DNA of 64,000 bases from the human T2T-CHM13v2.0 reference genome, Homo sapiens (GCF_009914755.1 NC_060934.1); one strand, 5' to 3'; counted from the first letter of the stretch, positions 1 through 16,650 are shown. Program-made: numbers and translations. The notes: generated by a model not told the origin, from the letters alone.

Positions 1-1728
1 CCCTTTGCTTCGGCCTGGGCATCCCGGGGAAGTGCGTCTCCAGGGAAGCACTTGGGAGGCCCTTCAGAGAGGAGAATGGCCTTTCTTCTCTCCAAAGAGT
101 GGGGATGGTCGGCTTCAAGAAGGGTGGTGAGTGTGGAGTGACGGATGCTGAAGTGATTAACACAGCGCCATGATATTGTTCCCCTTTTGAAGACTTCCTT
201 TTCCTTCCCTTCCCCCTGAAAGCAGCCACCGCTGGAGGGAAACATTTTAAGACAGCTGTTCACCGGAATAACACAAGAGCAACAATAATAATGTACTCAT
301 TTACTAAACCAAGTTGAATAAATACATTTTTCCAGGTTGTGAGTGAAAATAGCTTAAGGTCTGCCAGGTTTTTAGAGATTTTGTCATTTAACTTAAACGC
401 TAAAACATTCGTCCCTTGAAGCGGATACCATTATAGAAAAGTGTTAATTGCTTGGAAGTTTCATTTATTGAAGTTCAAGTGTTTTTCTCTTAAATTCAGT
501 ATGTTGGCCTGTGAGTTACGGTCATAAAAGTATTGCAGGAATTATTTACCTCTGAATGAGAAAGCTCAAGATAGTTATATCTCCAGGAACTTTCTTCGTC
601 TTCTGAACTTCCCCCAACCCCAGCAGACACACACACTGTTCTGGTTACTTTCCTGATCAAATTCGAGTCTTTCAAAATAGCTTTTGATATGTCCCAGGAG
701 TTAAACACGGTATGTAAATATGAACTCACCAATGTGGAACAAATGGAGTGATCTGTTATCCCCTGGGTTTAGACGCTGCCTTTCTATTAATACTGCTCAC
801 AGGAGACAGAGTAGGGACTCGTGTGCACTGGCCACGTCTCAACAGCAGTGTGACCTTGGGCAAGGCCTTCCTAAGTCCCGACTCCCTGTCCTCTAACATG
901 GTGTTCATATCAGCCTCATTTTCTTACTGGGAAGGTTACGTTATGTAATATATGCCAGCCATTTTTGCAAAGTGCTGTATACAGGAGATCTTGAGTGAGT
1001 GTGTTTCCCTCCTCCTCTTTTTGGGTAGCTATGTTAGGCTGTTCACTTTGGGCATTTGCCCTGAACTAAAATCCCTAAGTCCCTTTCCCCAAGGTGAAAC
1101 TAAGATAGAGTTTTCATATTTATCCTGTCTTATTCTTTTCAGGGAAAAGATTTTACATCTGTTGAATTTCATCCTTGGTTTAAAGTTGTTCTTTTAACTA
1201 CTGAGATCTTTTGAAAATCTTGATGGCTATTTATCTGATTAATGGTATTTCCTAATTGATTGTCATCCACAGAATTGATGGTGTATGTATTCCATGCCTT
1301 CATTTCGTCAATGACAAAACATTTTAAGCAGGTTAATACTGATGACAGATTTCTGAGGTTGCCTGTAGAGACCATTCTCTTCCTCGATATTGCTCAGAAG
1401 TTGAATTTGGTGTCTCAGCCCACTAGGAATTCGTCTAACAGTGTTATTACGATAAAATGTTACTACAAACTTGATTAAACTTCTGGTGGAAATTCCATCA
1501 CATTTTATGCAATTTTCAATTTATTTCTCCAATTTATTTTTAATGCCACATGGACATTATATTCCTTAACCATTCTTTTGCATGTGATTAACATTTGTGA
1601 AATTAACCACTTAAGCAAGTGTTTTTGCTTTGATGAAAGAAAAATGTTTAAAATCCTACTGGATATGAAACTGAAAGTAATGTTTTGTGTTTTTTGTTTC
1701 AAATGAAAGTGTACATTAAGAATTTGTT

Positions 1729-2020
1729 GGCAGGGCGTGGTGGCTCATGCCTGTAATCCCAGCACTTTGGGAAGCCGAGGTGGGCAGATCACCTGAGGTC
1801 AGCAGTCCAAGACCACCCTGGCCAACATGGTGAAGTCCCGTCTCTACTAAAAATACAAAAATCAGCTGGGCATGGTGGCGGGCACTTGTAGTCCCAGCTA
1901 CTCAGGAGGCTGAAGCAGGAGAATCACTTGAACTCAGGAGGCAGAAGTTGCGGTTAGCCGAGATCACGCCACTGCCCTCCAGCCTGGGGAGACAGAGCGA
2001 GATTCTGTGTCAAAAAGAAA
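1729..2020 (+). mobile_element. Alu (AluS-like)
   Basis: Alu dimer, A tail, TSD AAGAATTTGT. Confidence 0.92.
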
Positions 2021-2151
2021 AGAATTTGTCGTATTGCTGTTTCAAGCTACTTTGGTTATGTTATCTGCCTTCCTCAAATTATACACACTTAGGAGAATGA
2101 TAATTTCTATAGCTACAAATTAATTAATATTGGAAATATTGAAAAGAATCT

Positions 2152-2813
<662 letters not shown>

Positions 2814-3346
2814 TAACACAGTGTGTTTATGGGTTTCATTAATTAGTCGAATGTTTGGCCAGTGCCTGCTGTGTGTAGAGCACTGTGCTGCATCACAGCT
2901 GTGTGCCTGTTGTTCTGACTGCTTACAAGCAGTGGGGTGTATTACGTACACGGCAACATATACTAAGGGCAGGTGAACTGGACAGACTAAATGAGTCAGG
3001 AGTTCAGAAGGAGCGTTTATTCTGTTAAATCCATGGTAGGATAAAGAGATTGAATTTTTAGAGGGGACTATTTATAGTTTCTTGAAAATAATGTTTTATT
3101 GAAAACCAGAAGGACATTTAATCTCCATAAGCCTTCTTTGTAATATGGTAATCTGTCCAATAATATTGGGTAAATGTGAATATTTTGAAGGAAAATAATT
3201 ACGTTTTGGAATCTCAGGTTTCTCTTTGCTTGTATTTAGGTAAAACAGTGCATAGAGGTTAAAGAAGGTTATATTTGGAGTGAAGAAGTTTGTTTTTTCT
3301 CTTTACAGTTCTATAATCAGTTTATTAGTGTTTAGTCTGTTAAATA

Positions 3347-3697
3347 CAATCGGGTGCCACATAACAAATGATGTTTTGGTCAACAACAGACCTCATGTAA
3401 GATGGTGGTCCCATAAGATTGTAATACTCTATTTTTACTGTACCTTTTCTATGTGTAGATATGTTTAGGTACACAAATAGATACCATTGTGTTACAGTTG
3501 TCTGCAGTATTCAGTACAGTAACATGCTGTGCAGGGTTGTAGGCTAGGAGCAGCAGGCTGGGCCATCTAGCCTAGGTGTGGAGTAGGCTGTGCACCTAGC
3601 TTTGTGTAAGTGTACTCTGCGATGTTCCCACAGTGACGAAATCACGTAACGATGCATCTCTCAGAACCTGTCCCCATCCTTAAGTGATGTATGACTG
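3347..3697 (+). mobile_element. Tigger3a/MER7A-like DNA transposon fossil
   Basis: Matches recalled consensus (GGTCCCATAAGATT...TTCAGTACAGTAACATGCTGT...ATGACTG), with degenerate terminal inverted repeats. Confidence 0.75.
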
Positions 3698-4034
3698 TGT
3701 TGAAAGGCTCTTAATTGGATTTGGGAACTCTGTCTCATAGGGATGTTATGAGGATTAGTGACTCTTTGTATTTATTGATCCATTTGAGCCTTACAGCAAT
3801 TCTTTGTAGTAGCTCTTCAGCCTCTGGTAGATCTGCCAGTCCACCAACTTTCTTCCAGTATCTCTCCATTAATTCTTTCTGTTTTCACTTCCCTTCCTGT
3901 CTATTTTAGATTCCATGGTATACCATTTCAGTAGTTTTACAAACACCTGCCACTTCCTTGTCCCTCTTCCCATGATACCAACCTGAAAACCCCCTAAACT
4001 GGTGATTAAACATTTAAATAAGATTTATGCTACG

Positions 4035-4640
4035 CCGGTTGAGCATCCTAATCCAAAAATTCAAAATCCATAACATGACACAAGTGGAAATTTCCACACC
4101 TTACCTTGTGACAGACAGGTTGTAGTCAAAATGTGGGTGCGCAACATAGTTTATTCAGGATCCCCTAGGGCAAAATAAAATTACCTTCAGGAGGCCTGCT
4201 GTGGTGGCTCAGGCCAGTAATCCCAGCATTTTGGGAGGCCGAGCTGGGCAGACCACTTGAGGCCAGGAGTTCGAAACCACCTTGCCAACATGGTGAAACC
4301 CCGTCTCTCTTAAAAATACAAAAATTAGCTGGGCATGGTGTTGGGTGCCTGTAATTCCAGCTACTTGGGAGGCTGAGGCAGGAGAATTGCTTGAACCTGG
4401 GAGATGGAGGTTGCAGTGAACCGAGGTTAACACCACTGCACTCCAGCCTGGGCAACAGTGGAGACGTCATCTCAAAAAAAAAAAAAAATTACCTTCAGGC
4501 TACGTGCATGAGGTATACATGAAACATAAATGAACTTTGAGTTTAGCCTTGGGTCCCATCCCTAGGATATCTTACTATGTATATGCGGATATTCCAAAAT
4601 CTGAAAGCATCTGAATTCTGAAACACTTCTGGTCTTGAGC
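4035..4640 (+). mobile_element. Tigger4/MER46-like DNA transposon interrupted by an Alu
   Basis: GGTTGAGCATCCTAATCCAAAAAT start and CTGAAACACTTCTGGTC end. Confidence 0.7.
4193..4488 (+). mobile_element. Alu nested in the Tigger4-like element
   Basis: Alu dimer, TSD AAAATTACCTTCAGG. Confidence 0.92.
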
Positions 4641-5440
4641 TTTTTTTTTTTTGGGGGGGCCAAGGACTGAGTTTCCATGGAGGATGTGGTGTGAAAGGAA
4701 GGAAGTGGTGATAGGACCAATACAGACACTGGGAAAAAATGTGGAGGGTGTGAATACAGAGATGATAAGATTACTCCAGTATGAAAAAATCTGTATTTGG
4801 TGCCAAGTTCCAGGGAGGTGATTGTAGGAAATGCATACATTTGGTTGTAGTTGATCAGCAGAAAAAGATTGCCGGCGGTATTGACTATTTTGTGAAGTGG
4901 CGAAGAAAGCAAGCTAAACCAAAGAGAACACCATGCAACTTACGGAGAGGCTGGAATAGCCAGTGAGATAAAATCAGTGATCCAAAACTTATAATTTTGA
5001 TGAGAAAGGAAAGGTGATATTGTAATCTCTGCATTTTTGGTAACGAACTTGTAGAATGTCTGGAATGCATCAGAATGTTTCTACAGATGAAGTTCTTAAG
5101 AGAGGGAAGGGAAACCCTTTGCTGGTTTTATTTGCTTCATTTAACTGAAGATAGAGTCTCCCTTTTTCTCTGAGGCCATATCAGGACAGCTTTCACAGGC
5201 TTTTGATGTGGTTTCTTTTTTTCCTTTACAAAACATACGCCATAAACTACAAAGTAACTGTTTTATGTTGTAAAGCAAGACTTACTTCTCCTTTAAAAAT
5301 AGGCCTACACATATGCAATTTGAGAATAAAAGATGATTCTTGGCTTTCTGCTTGCGGAAAGATGGAGACTTATTTTTCCTTATTCCTCCCATGAAGTACA
5401 TCTAAAAACACTGGACATATATAAAACAAATGTAAGAGTG

Positions 5441-5828
<388 letters not shown>

Positions 5829-5957
5829 TCATGTATCTCATATGTTGTGCTGGATAAGCTAGCAGCGCAGGTATAAAAGGACTCAGACAAAACAAGGCCC
5901 AAGAAAAGCCTGCTCTCTGTGTCTGAAAGACCAGGAAAGGGGCAGCCTACAAATCAC

Positions 5958-6119
5958 AGAACTTTTCGATGGTAAGTACTTTCCTCCAGCTAAATATCAC
6001 AGGAAACCCTGCAGCACCACCCTCACCCTGCTAATCAGAGAACTTTTCGGCGGTAAGTACTTTCCTCCAGCTAAATATCACAGGAAACCCTGCAGCACCA
6101 CCCTCACCCTGCTAATCAG
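5958..6119. repeat. 81-bp tandem duplication (2 copies)
   Basis: AGAACTTTTCG...CCCTGCTAATCAG repeated at 5958 and 6039 with about 2 mismatches. Confidence 0.9.
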
Positions 6120-7205
6120 AGGCTGAGCAGGTACTTCAGATTCCCACTCATGACAAGCTGGGATGAGATGCTCCTCTCTGCAGGGTTGCTGTCAGAGAAG
6201 ACTGGCTGAGGAGTTGGGGTTTTACTTCTGCTGGGTGGTGACAGAGCACAGCCTCCTTTCTGCTAGGGTATCATAAGAGGGACCTTGCAAAACTCAGGAA
6301 CTTTACTGCTGCCCTGTGGTCATGAGGCCACCCCCCTGTGGTGTGGGGGAGACTGTATAGGGAGCAGCACGGAGGCAGCCCTGATTCAGCCTTGGTGGTG
6401 GGAGTGGAAGTTCGGCAGGAGGCTGAACTTTCCTTCTCATGCAGGGGTCCGTGGAGGCTGAGTGGGAATCTCAACTTCCACCTCACCGTCCACATCCACC
6501 TGGCAGAGGCCTGCTCTAACAGAAGACTTACATCAGATCCTGAGTCTGATGTCAGGATTTCAATGGAAAATCACTCATAGGAAAATCTCAACCTCAGTAA
6601 GAAAAGACCACTGATGCCAACGTAGAGATGACACAGAGTTTAGAATTATTTGACAAGGACCTTAAAGCAGCGATTGTAGAAATGCTTCAATAACCAATTA
6701 ACATTCGAGACAAACGACAAATAGCCTCAGGAAGAAAATACAGGATGTAAAAAAGAAACACAAAATTTCAAAAGTGAAAAATAGAATATGTGAAATAAAT
6801 TCAGTGGATGGCTTAGCAGCAGAAAGGAGAGGACAGACAAAAGAAGCTGTCAATTTGAAGATAGAACAATAGAAGTTACCCAATCTGAACAGCAGAGAGA
6901 AAATAGACTGGAAAAAAGTGAGCAGAGCCTCAGGGGCCCGTGGGACTTTAACAGAAGATGCAACATCTGTCATCAGAGGTCTAGAAAGAGAGAAGGACGG
7001 GGTGGGGGGAAAACGTGTCTGAAGAAATCACTGCTGTATGTTTCCTAAACTTGGCAAGCCATACACCTTCAGACGTAAGAAGCAGCATAAACCCAGAGAA
7101 GATAAACACAAAGATGCTAAGACACATCCAGGCCAACTTCTGAAAACTGAAGACAGAAGCATAGTAAGAGAGATACCACTTGACCTGTAGTGGGAAACAA
7201 TTTGA

Positions 7206-7565
<360 letters not shown>

Positions 7566-8732
7566 TAAGGAAGTGGCAGGACATTTTTTTCAGGTGCTGA
7601 AGGAAAAGGACTATCAACTCAGAATTTTATATCAAGTGAAAACTTCCTTCACATGATTTATCTCCAGCTGACCTACTCTATGAAAATAACAAATAAAGGA
7701 AATTCTCCAAACAGAAAGGAAATGACAAAAGAAATGTGGGAACATCAGGAGGGAAGAACAAAGAATGGACAGCAAAAATATCGGTCAATTTAGTATTCGT
7801 TTATTTTCTAAATTGTGTTTGGAATTTGAAGCATAACCGTGGTGTGGTTCTCAGTGTATGTGTAGGAAATATTTGTGATTACGTTATAAATGGGGAAAGG
7901 TAAAGAAGCATAGAGGAAAGTAAGATTTGTATACTTTATGTGAACTGGTAAAATGTTGATAATCAGTAGACTACAATAAGCTGTAAATGTATAATGTAAA
8001 ACCTAGAGCTACCACTAAAAAGTTATACAAAACAGGCAAACTCAGAAATACTGTAGGTAAATAAATATGAAATTATAAAAAATGTTTACCCCACGAGAAG
8101 GCAAAAAAGAGAATAGAGGGAGAGAGAATGAATGATACACCATGAACAAGTGCAGTTTATTTTGTGGCTACAAGGTTGGATCAATGTTTGAAAGTCATGA
8201 GTGTAATTGGTCCTGTCAGTAGGTAAAAAAAAAAAGCTACTAGGAAAAAAACATGATAGAATTCAGCACTCATTCGTGAAAGAAACTCAGAAAATGAATG
8301 ATAGAGGGAAACGTTTTCAACTTGATAAACAGCACCTACAAAAAAATCTATAGCTGGCATCAAAGTTAATGGTGAAACACAATATTTTCACCCGAATATT
8401 CAGGGCAAAGCAAGGGTGTTTGCTGTCACTATAGTAATTTAAGATAGTACTGGAATTTCTAGCCAAATCAATAAGGTAGTAAAAGGAAATAGAAGGCTTA
8501 CAAACCACAAAGGAAGAAATAAAACTGTCCTTTTTTTTTTTAGATGACTTAATAGTTGACATAGAAAATCCCAAGGAATCCACAAAAAATCTTGAACTTT
8601 AGGTTCAGCAAGAATGTACACGTTTAATACATAAAATCCAGTTGTATTTATACTAGCAATTAACATGTGGAAACCAAAATAAAAGTACAGTATCATTTAA
8701 ACTTACACAAAAAATAAAAAGAGAGATGTTAG

Positions 8733-9054
<322 letters not shown>

Positions 9055-9355
9055 CGATACTAGGACTTATGCAGAAAAAACCTTGACATGGAGGAAAGTA
9101 AGATCTAAATAAATACTGTATTCATAGATTAAAAGACTCAGCATAATAAATATACCATTTCTCCCCAGATTGATGTACAGATTTAACACAATTCCTATCA
9201 AGATCCCAGCAAGATTTTTGTAGATATGTAAAAGATTATTCAAAAATGTAAAAGGAAGGACAAAGGACTAGAATAGATAAAACAAAATGGAGAAAGATTT
9301 AATAGGAATCACTGTAACTGATTTTAAGACATACAGAACAATAATAGAAACTGCT

Positions 9356-9709
9356 TGTATTAGTCCATTTTCACGCTGCTGATAAAGACATACCTGAGAT
9401 TGGGCAATTTACAAAGGAAAGAGGTTTATTGGACTTACAGTTCCACATGGCTGGGGAGGCCTCACAATCATGGCAGAAGGCAAAGAGGAGCGAGTCACAT
9501 TCTGCGTGGATGGCGGCAGGCAGAGAGGGAGAGCTTGTGCAGGAAAACTCCCCCTTATAGAACCATCAGATCTTGTGAGACTTACTATCACGAGAACAGC
9601 ACGGGAAAGACCTGCCCCTCCATGATTCAGTTACCTCCCACTGGGTCCCTCCCACAACACATTGGAATTCAAGATGAGATTTAGCTGGGGACATAGCCAA
9701 ACCATATCA
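9356..9709 (-). mobile_element. THE1 (ERVL-MaLR) solo LTR
   Basis: TGTATTAGTCC...CCAAACCATATCA is the reverse complement of the THE1 consensus; TG...CA ends; 5-bp TSD CTGCT/CTGCC. Confidence 0.9.
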
Positions 9710-10838
9710 CTGCCGTTGGTGGAAGGATAAATATGTAGATCGGTGGAACAGAATAGAGAACCAAGAAATAACCCCACACAAGTACAGTGAGTTGATTTTT
9801 TGACAAAAGTCCAAAGCAGTTCAATCTAGGATGGATCATCTTCAACAAATGAGGCTGGGATAATTGGATACACAGGTGAAAACAAACAACAAAAAAACCT
9901 TGACTTAAATTTTACACCTTATAAAAAGGTCAGTACCATATAGGTAATAAATTTAGATGTGAAACAGAAAACTATAAAAAATTCAGGAGAAACAGGAGAA
10001 AATGTTTGGCCCCTAGGGATTCATGAAAAGTTCTTGTCATGACTTTAAAAGTGTGATGCATAGAAAAAATTATCAACATTAAAGAAGTGTTGCTTCATGA
10101 AAAACTCTTAGAATGAAGAGCAACAGATTGGGAGAAATGATTTGCAGCTTAACCTATGTGACATATAATTCATACTATAGAGTATGTAAAGAACTCTTAA
10201 ATCTCAACAGTAAAAAACCCGAATAATACTGTTAGAAAATGGGTGTGAAGAGACACCTCACTGAAGAGGATATGTGGATGACAAGCACATGAAAAGATAG
10301 TGTCACTAGCCATCAGGGAAATGCAAATTAAGATCACAGTGAGATATTACACACCTAACGGAACAGCTAAATAAAAAAGTAGTGACAAAGGGATGCCTGC
10401 ACTTGCAGGTATACACAGCACTGTTCACAATAGCAAAGGTATGGAATCAACCTAAGTGCCTGTTGACGGATGACTAGATAAATAAAATGTGGTGCGCACA
10501 CACACACACACTCTGCAATACCATTCAGCCATAAGAAGAATGAAATTATGCCATTCGCAGCAACATGGATGGAACCAGAGGCCATTATTTTAAGTGAAAT
10601 AAGCCAGGCACAAAAAGTCATGTCTCATGTTCTCACATGTGGGAGCTAAAAAATGTGAACACATGGAGGTAAACAGTGGAAAAATAGATAGATAATAGAG
10701 ACCGGGAAGGGTGTGAGTCGGGGGCGGAGGGAGGATGAGAAGAGAGTTAAAAGGTACAAACATGCAGTATGATAGAAGGAATACATTCAGTGTTTGACAG
10801 CAGAGTAGGGTGACTATCCTTAAGAAAGCAGTATCTTA

Positions 10839-11137
<299 letters not shown>

Positions 11138-12031
11138 AGTGTTTTACTGGGGTGGTGGACACCCTAAATAGCCTGTCTTGATGACTGTGTTGTATACCTG
11201 GCACAAAATTTCTCATGTATGACAAATTTTCATAAAAGAGTAATGACAATACCAAATGCTGGTGAGGATGTGGATAACTGAATCTCTCATGTGTTCCTGA
11301 TGATAATGTAGAATGAAACAGCCACCCTGGAAAATACTGATAGTTTGACACTCTTAGAAAAAAACCACAAAAACTAAACATGATTAAACATAAGCAATTC
11401 TGTTTCCAGGTATACCCAAGAGAAATAAAAGTATACACATACAAGAAATTTGCACTTTAACCTTCATAATAACCTAAAATATGGAAACAACCAAATGTCT
11501 GTCAGTTGTATTTGGCAATAAAAGGGAATACATTACCACTATGCTACAACATAGATGGACTTTGAAATCGTTGTGCTAAGTGAAAGAAGCTGGTTGTCAC
11601 AGACCAGAGCGTATGTTGTATGATTCCATTTTTATGAAATGGCCAGAACAGGCAGATTCATATGGAGAGAAAGTAAATTAGTGGTTGCCTAGGGCTAGCT
11701 GGGAAGTGGGTGGGAGAAATGAGGAGTGAGGGCAAATAGGTGTGGGGCTTCGTTTTGGGGTGATAAAAATGTACAGTTGATTGTGGTAATGATCGCACAA
11801 CTTCCTGAGTATACTGAGAGTCATTGAATTGTGCACTTTAAATAGGTGTCTTACATGGTGTGTGAATCGTATATCAAGATTTTTTTTAAAGCTAAATATA
11901 CATTTACCCTGTGACTGAGCAGCCTTATTCTTGGGCTGTTTATCCAAAAGAAATGAGAACTTAGGTTCACATAAAACCCTGTATATTATTGTTCATGGCA
12001 ACTTTATTAGTAATAGTAAAAAAATTGGAAA

Positions 12032-12033
<2 letters not shown>

Positions 12034-12111
<78 letters not shown>
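12034..12111. repeat. Compound microsatellite, (AT)~21 fused to T~35
   Basis: Read directly from the sequence. Confidence 0.95.
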
Positions 12112-12113
<2 letters not shown>

Positions 12114-12627
12114 AGCAGGTGAATGGTTAAACAAATGGTTAAATGTCCATACTGTGGACACTAGCTAGTAATAAAAAGGAAAAAACTGTTGATACATGCA
12201 GAAAATTGGTTGGATCGTAACCATTAAATTGAGTGGAAAAAAGAATCTCAAAAAGGGTAACTGCTCTTTGATCATATTTACATAACAGTCTCAAAATGAC
12301 AAAATTGTAGAGATGGTTACAGATTAATGGTTATCAGGAGTTGAGGGATGGTGCCAGGGAGTTGGGGTAACTAATGGGTAGTGTGGGTGATCTGTATGGT
12401 GAGTGGAGTGTTTTGTATCTTGAACATGTGGCACCTAAAGGAATTTATATATGTAACAGAATGACAACTATACACACATTATACTAATGTCAGTTTGTTG
12501 GTTTAGTGAAATTAACTAACAAATTAACAGATTGTACTGTAATGATGTAAGATGTAACCACTGGGGAAATATGGACCATCTTTGCAACTTCCTGTGAATC
12601 TGCAGTTATTTCAAAATACAAAGTTGA

Positions 12628-12930
12628 GGCCAGGCACAATAGCTCACATCTGTAATCCTAGCACTTTGGGAGGCTGAGGTGGGTGGATCACCTGAGGTCA
12701 GGAGTTCGAGACCAACCTGGTCAACGTGGCGAAACCCTGTCTCTAATAAAAATACAAAAATTAGCTGGGCATGGTGGTGCATGCCTATAGTCCCAGTTAC
12801 TCTGGAGGCTGAGGCACGAGATTCTTGCTTGAACCTGGGGGATGGAGGTTGCAGTGAGCTGAGATCGTGCAACTCCACTCCAGCCTAGGAGACAGAGCAA
12901 GACTCTGTCTCAAAAAAAAAAAAAAAAAAA
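12628..12930 (+). mobile_element. Alu
   Basis: Alu dimer with A20 tail. Confidence 0.92.
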
Positions 12931-14209
12931 TTGGGAACTTCATAACTCACATGACTGTTTTGGTTGAGAGTTACTAGAAGCTTGTGATTAAGTTAAAGCT
13001 TTTAAAAACTGTCCTAAATAATAGGCAAACTGTCTTCCAGTTTTCTAACATTTTTGGGTTATGCTTGGCTTTTAAAAAAGTTTTAATAACAAAATTTATA
13101 TATGAGAGTTCTGCATAGTATGTAAGAAACAGGAAACAAAGCTAAACTGTATATACTCACATTCATATTTAGAAAGACATTTAGAAGAGATATTTAGAAA
13201 AATGCTACGACTTCCTTGAATTCTAAGGTTAAATATGTTGATTTCTACTGTTTTATTTATAATATTAAAAATAAATGAAGTGAATTTTTATAAGTGACAA
13301 TATTTTCTCTTAGAAAAATATTTTCATCCTTGGTATTTAGGATTATAATTAGAATGCTTAATAAACTGAATAGGAAAGATCTTGTTTATGTTATTAATAA
13401 CCTTTATGGAAGACACTCTAAATTTTTTGTGAATGCATTTCATCTCTGTTAAGAATACTCTCTTCTATGTGTAGATAAACTTATTTTTCAAAACAGGCTG
13501 ACTTGTTTAAAAAGAAGGGAACGCTAGTGATTTTAAAATATTGTAGAAAAGGAATCATTCTATAACAAAGTAAGGAGGTGTTAGGGCTATTGAGTAAGTG
13601 AGAGCCATTTGGAAGGAAAGGAGTAGCATTTCAGGGATGTGTGTCTGCACCTGGTAATGTCTAAGGAGTTGATAATGAAGAGGGCTGGGCACACCAGAAA
13701 TAAGGTCTTGCCTTGAGGCTCAGGCTATTGCTGTTGCGTAAGTCACCATTGTAACTGTCTACTTGGAATTTAGATGTTTACGTAGTCCTTATGTGTATTT
13801 TAAAGGTTAGCGTATTTTTCCTTTACGCTGATATATTCACAGAACCATCCCCTGCTCTTGGGACTTGGGCCAGTCTTTTCTCTAAAAGAAGATGATGGAG
13901 GCATGTTGGCGTCTGGGAGGTCGTGGGCGTGTCCTGCTTTGCCTTTGACTGCATATGGGTCAGGCATTCTTTGACAGTGAGGTGCTGAGCTGGCCTGATG
14001 ATAGGATTGTGTTCATGGGAGGAGGGATCAGTAATAGCAAAAAATCAGCAGGTAATGTTCAAAATAGCAAAATCTGTAGTTGAAGAAAGAAGATATGTGT
14101 GTAAATATATTACCTAAGATTGTAGTAAGTAACGTAGTGATATAATTGGGAGGAAGGATGGATAATAACAGGGAATGAGTAGAAAATGCCCAAAGTGGGT
14201 AAATCATAA

Positions 14210-14470
14210 TATTTAAATTAGAGATTTGAATAACTTAATCACATGTGGTTAGTTTGAATTGAGATATGCTGTAAATACACACGCTGAATTTCAAAGAGGT
14301 AATCATAAAATATCCCATTGTTTTTTATGTTGACTATAAAATATTTTAAACGTATTGGGTTAAGTAAATCATTAAAAGTAATTTCATATGCTTTTATTTT
14401 TAAAAATGTGGACACTGGAAAATTTACATCCATGACTTGCATTATATTCCTATTGGACAGCATGAGTCTA
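14210..14470. mobile_element. MER3/MER33-like hAT fossil
   Basis: CACATGTGG... and TATTGGACAGC end motif. Confidence 0.55.
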
Positions 14471-14819
14471 GAATGTGTAGTCTAGAATATGCAATTAACA
14501 TTGGTTCCCTCGGGGGAGTAGACTGTGCCTGGGGAATTCCGTTGGGTTAAGGGAGAGCAATTTTTTTTTTAAATTTTAAACCTCTTTTTTGCCATTTGAT
14601 ACTTAAGATGTTAATGAAATTTGATAAAGAAATTACTTCTTTAATAAAGGCTGTGGTCCCTACCTTAAAACATCTTAATTTGTCATATTCCAAATTATAT
14701 AGTTAATGTTAACTATAGTAAGGAAGCTTGTAATTAGAAGTCATCATTATCTTCTTCACTGTTTTTCTTTTGTTTCAACTCGCTGTATCAGAAACACTGT
14801 TTTTTCTTGCTGTTTTTAG

Positions 14820-15009
<190 letters not shown>

Positions 15010-15020
15010 TGATTAGGGCC

Positions 15021-15313
15021 TTATTGATTGATTGATTTTTGAGACAGAGTTTCGCTCGTTTCCCCGGCTGGAGTGCGATGGTGCGATCTCCGCTCACAAC
15101 CTCCACCTCCTGGGTGGAAGTGATTCTCCTGCCTCAGCCTACTGAGTAGCTGGGATTAGAGGCATGTGCCACCATGCCCGGCTGATTTTGTATTTTTAGT
15201 AGAGACAGGGTTTCACCATGTTGGTCAGGCTCATCTCGAACTCCTAACCTCAGGTGATCCACCTGTCTCGCCCTCCCAAAGTGTTAGGATTACAGGCGTG
15301 AGCCACCGGCCCC
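15021..15313 (-). mobile_element. Alu just downstream of the exon 2 donor, (ATTG)n-type tail
   Basis: Antisense Alu dimer; GGCCTTATT on both sides. Confidence 0.9.
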
Positions 15314-16277
15314 GGGATCAAGGCCTTATTTTAAAGATGGTGATTGTGTCTGTGACGTTATAAAAGTAGCCAAATATATAAAGGTCTCCAAAGTAAAAAA
15401 AAAGGGTTGGGTTACTAAGAAGAAAGATCACCCCTCCCAAATTCCCCCAAAATAAACTCATTAAAACTTCTATCAAATACAACAGCATACACAGATGGGT
15501 TAGCATATGTATACTAAGTAATAACAAATCAAAGTGGGTATGAGAGTTGGGATTAGTTTTATTCTTTGTACAGGCTTGCGGACAGTACAATTCTGGGTTT
15601 TCTGTCTCTAACAGTCTCAAGAAAAGAAGAGTATCATATCCTTTTAATGATCTCTTTCTGTTCTCTGAAGAGTTTTTGGAATCAGATCTTTTAGTGACTT
15701 TGCTTAGGTTTATCCTTGTCTCTGCCGCCATGAGTATGTCATTCTTGGATTAAAATGAACTAATTATTTTTGATAAAGATAAGTTTTGCTTATACTTTTT
15801 CTAGTTCATTTATAGCTGATGAAATTCTGTCAGAATTTTTAAAGAGTGTTGTGAAGTCTAGACGCAGTATATTTATATTAAAATAAGCTCTAGATATATC
15901 TAATATATGGTTATATATGTATATAACTATATGTAAACTTACAACCATTCCTTCACAATTAGAACAAATTCATCAGCCATAATGCTGTAGGAAGATAAAG
16001 CTTAAACCTGAGAAATTGGCTTCTGTGAATATTGGATTTTGTTAGGACCATGTGGGTAACTTTATGCCAGGACTTCGAGGCCGGGACCTCTACACTGAAT
16101 ACAGCAGTGTGAACCCAGAATCCGACATGACTGTTGCCACGAAGAGGATCTTTACCTCAAATTAGATGATTATGCATTGAATAAATAAACCAGTACCTGG
16201 TTCTAATTTCTATAAAAAGTGATTACATTTTAACTTAGTGTTCAAAAAAATTACAAAAATAGCTTTGGTATTCTTAG

Positions 16278-16650
16278 TGTATTACTTTGCTAGGACTCCC
16301 ATAACATAATGCCACAGACTGGGTAGCTTAACAGACTGGGCAGCTTAAACAACAGACATTTATTTTCTCATGGTCCTTCCAGGCAGCTGGAAGTCCTAGA
16401 TCAAGGTGTGAGCAGGGCTAGTTCCTCCTGAGGCCTCTGTCTGTGGCTCGCCGACACCATCTTCTCCCTGTGTCCTCACAGAGTTGTCCCTCTCTGCGTG
16501 TCTTGTCCTAGTCTCTTCTTACAAGGACCCCTGTCATACTGGAGGGCCTTCCTTTATGACCTCATTTTACTCTCACCACCTCTTTCAGGGCCCTGCTTCC
16601 AAACACAGTCGCATGCTGAGGTCCTGGGCCTGTGGACCCCGTTCAACACA
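16278..16650 (-). mobile_element. MLT1-family MaLR LTR
   Basis: CCACAGACTGGG...TTAAACAACAGACATTTATT...CTGGAAGTCC..ATCAAGGT motif. Confidence 0.75.

Noticed and set aside
4781-4966. 61-aa ORF with a chromodomain-like VVDQQKKIAGGIDYFVKW stretch
   Set aside because: The similarity is short, the downstream TWEP-type motif is missing, and there is no poly(A)/TSD or splice support. An HMM search would settle it.
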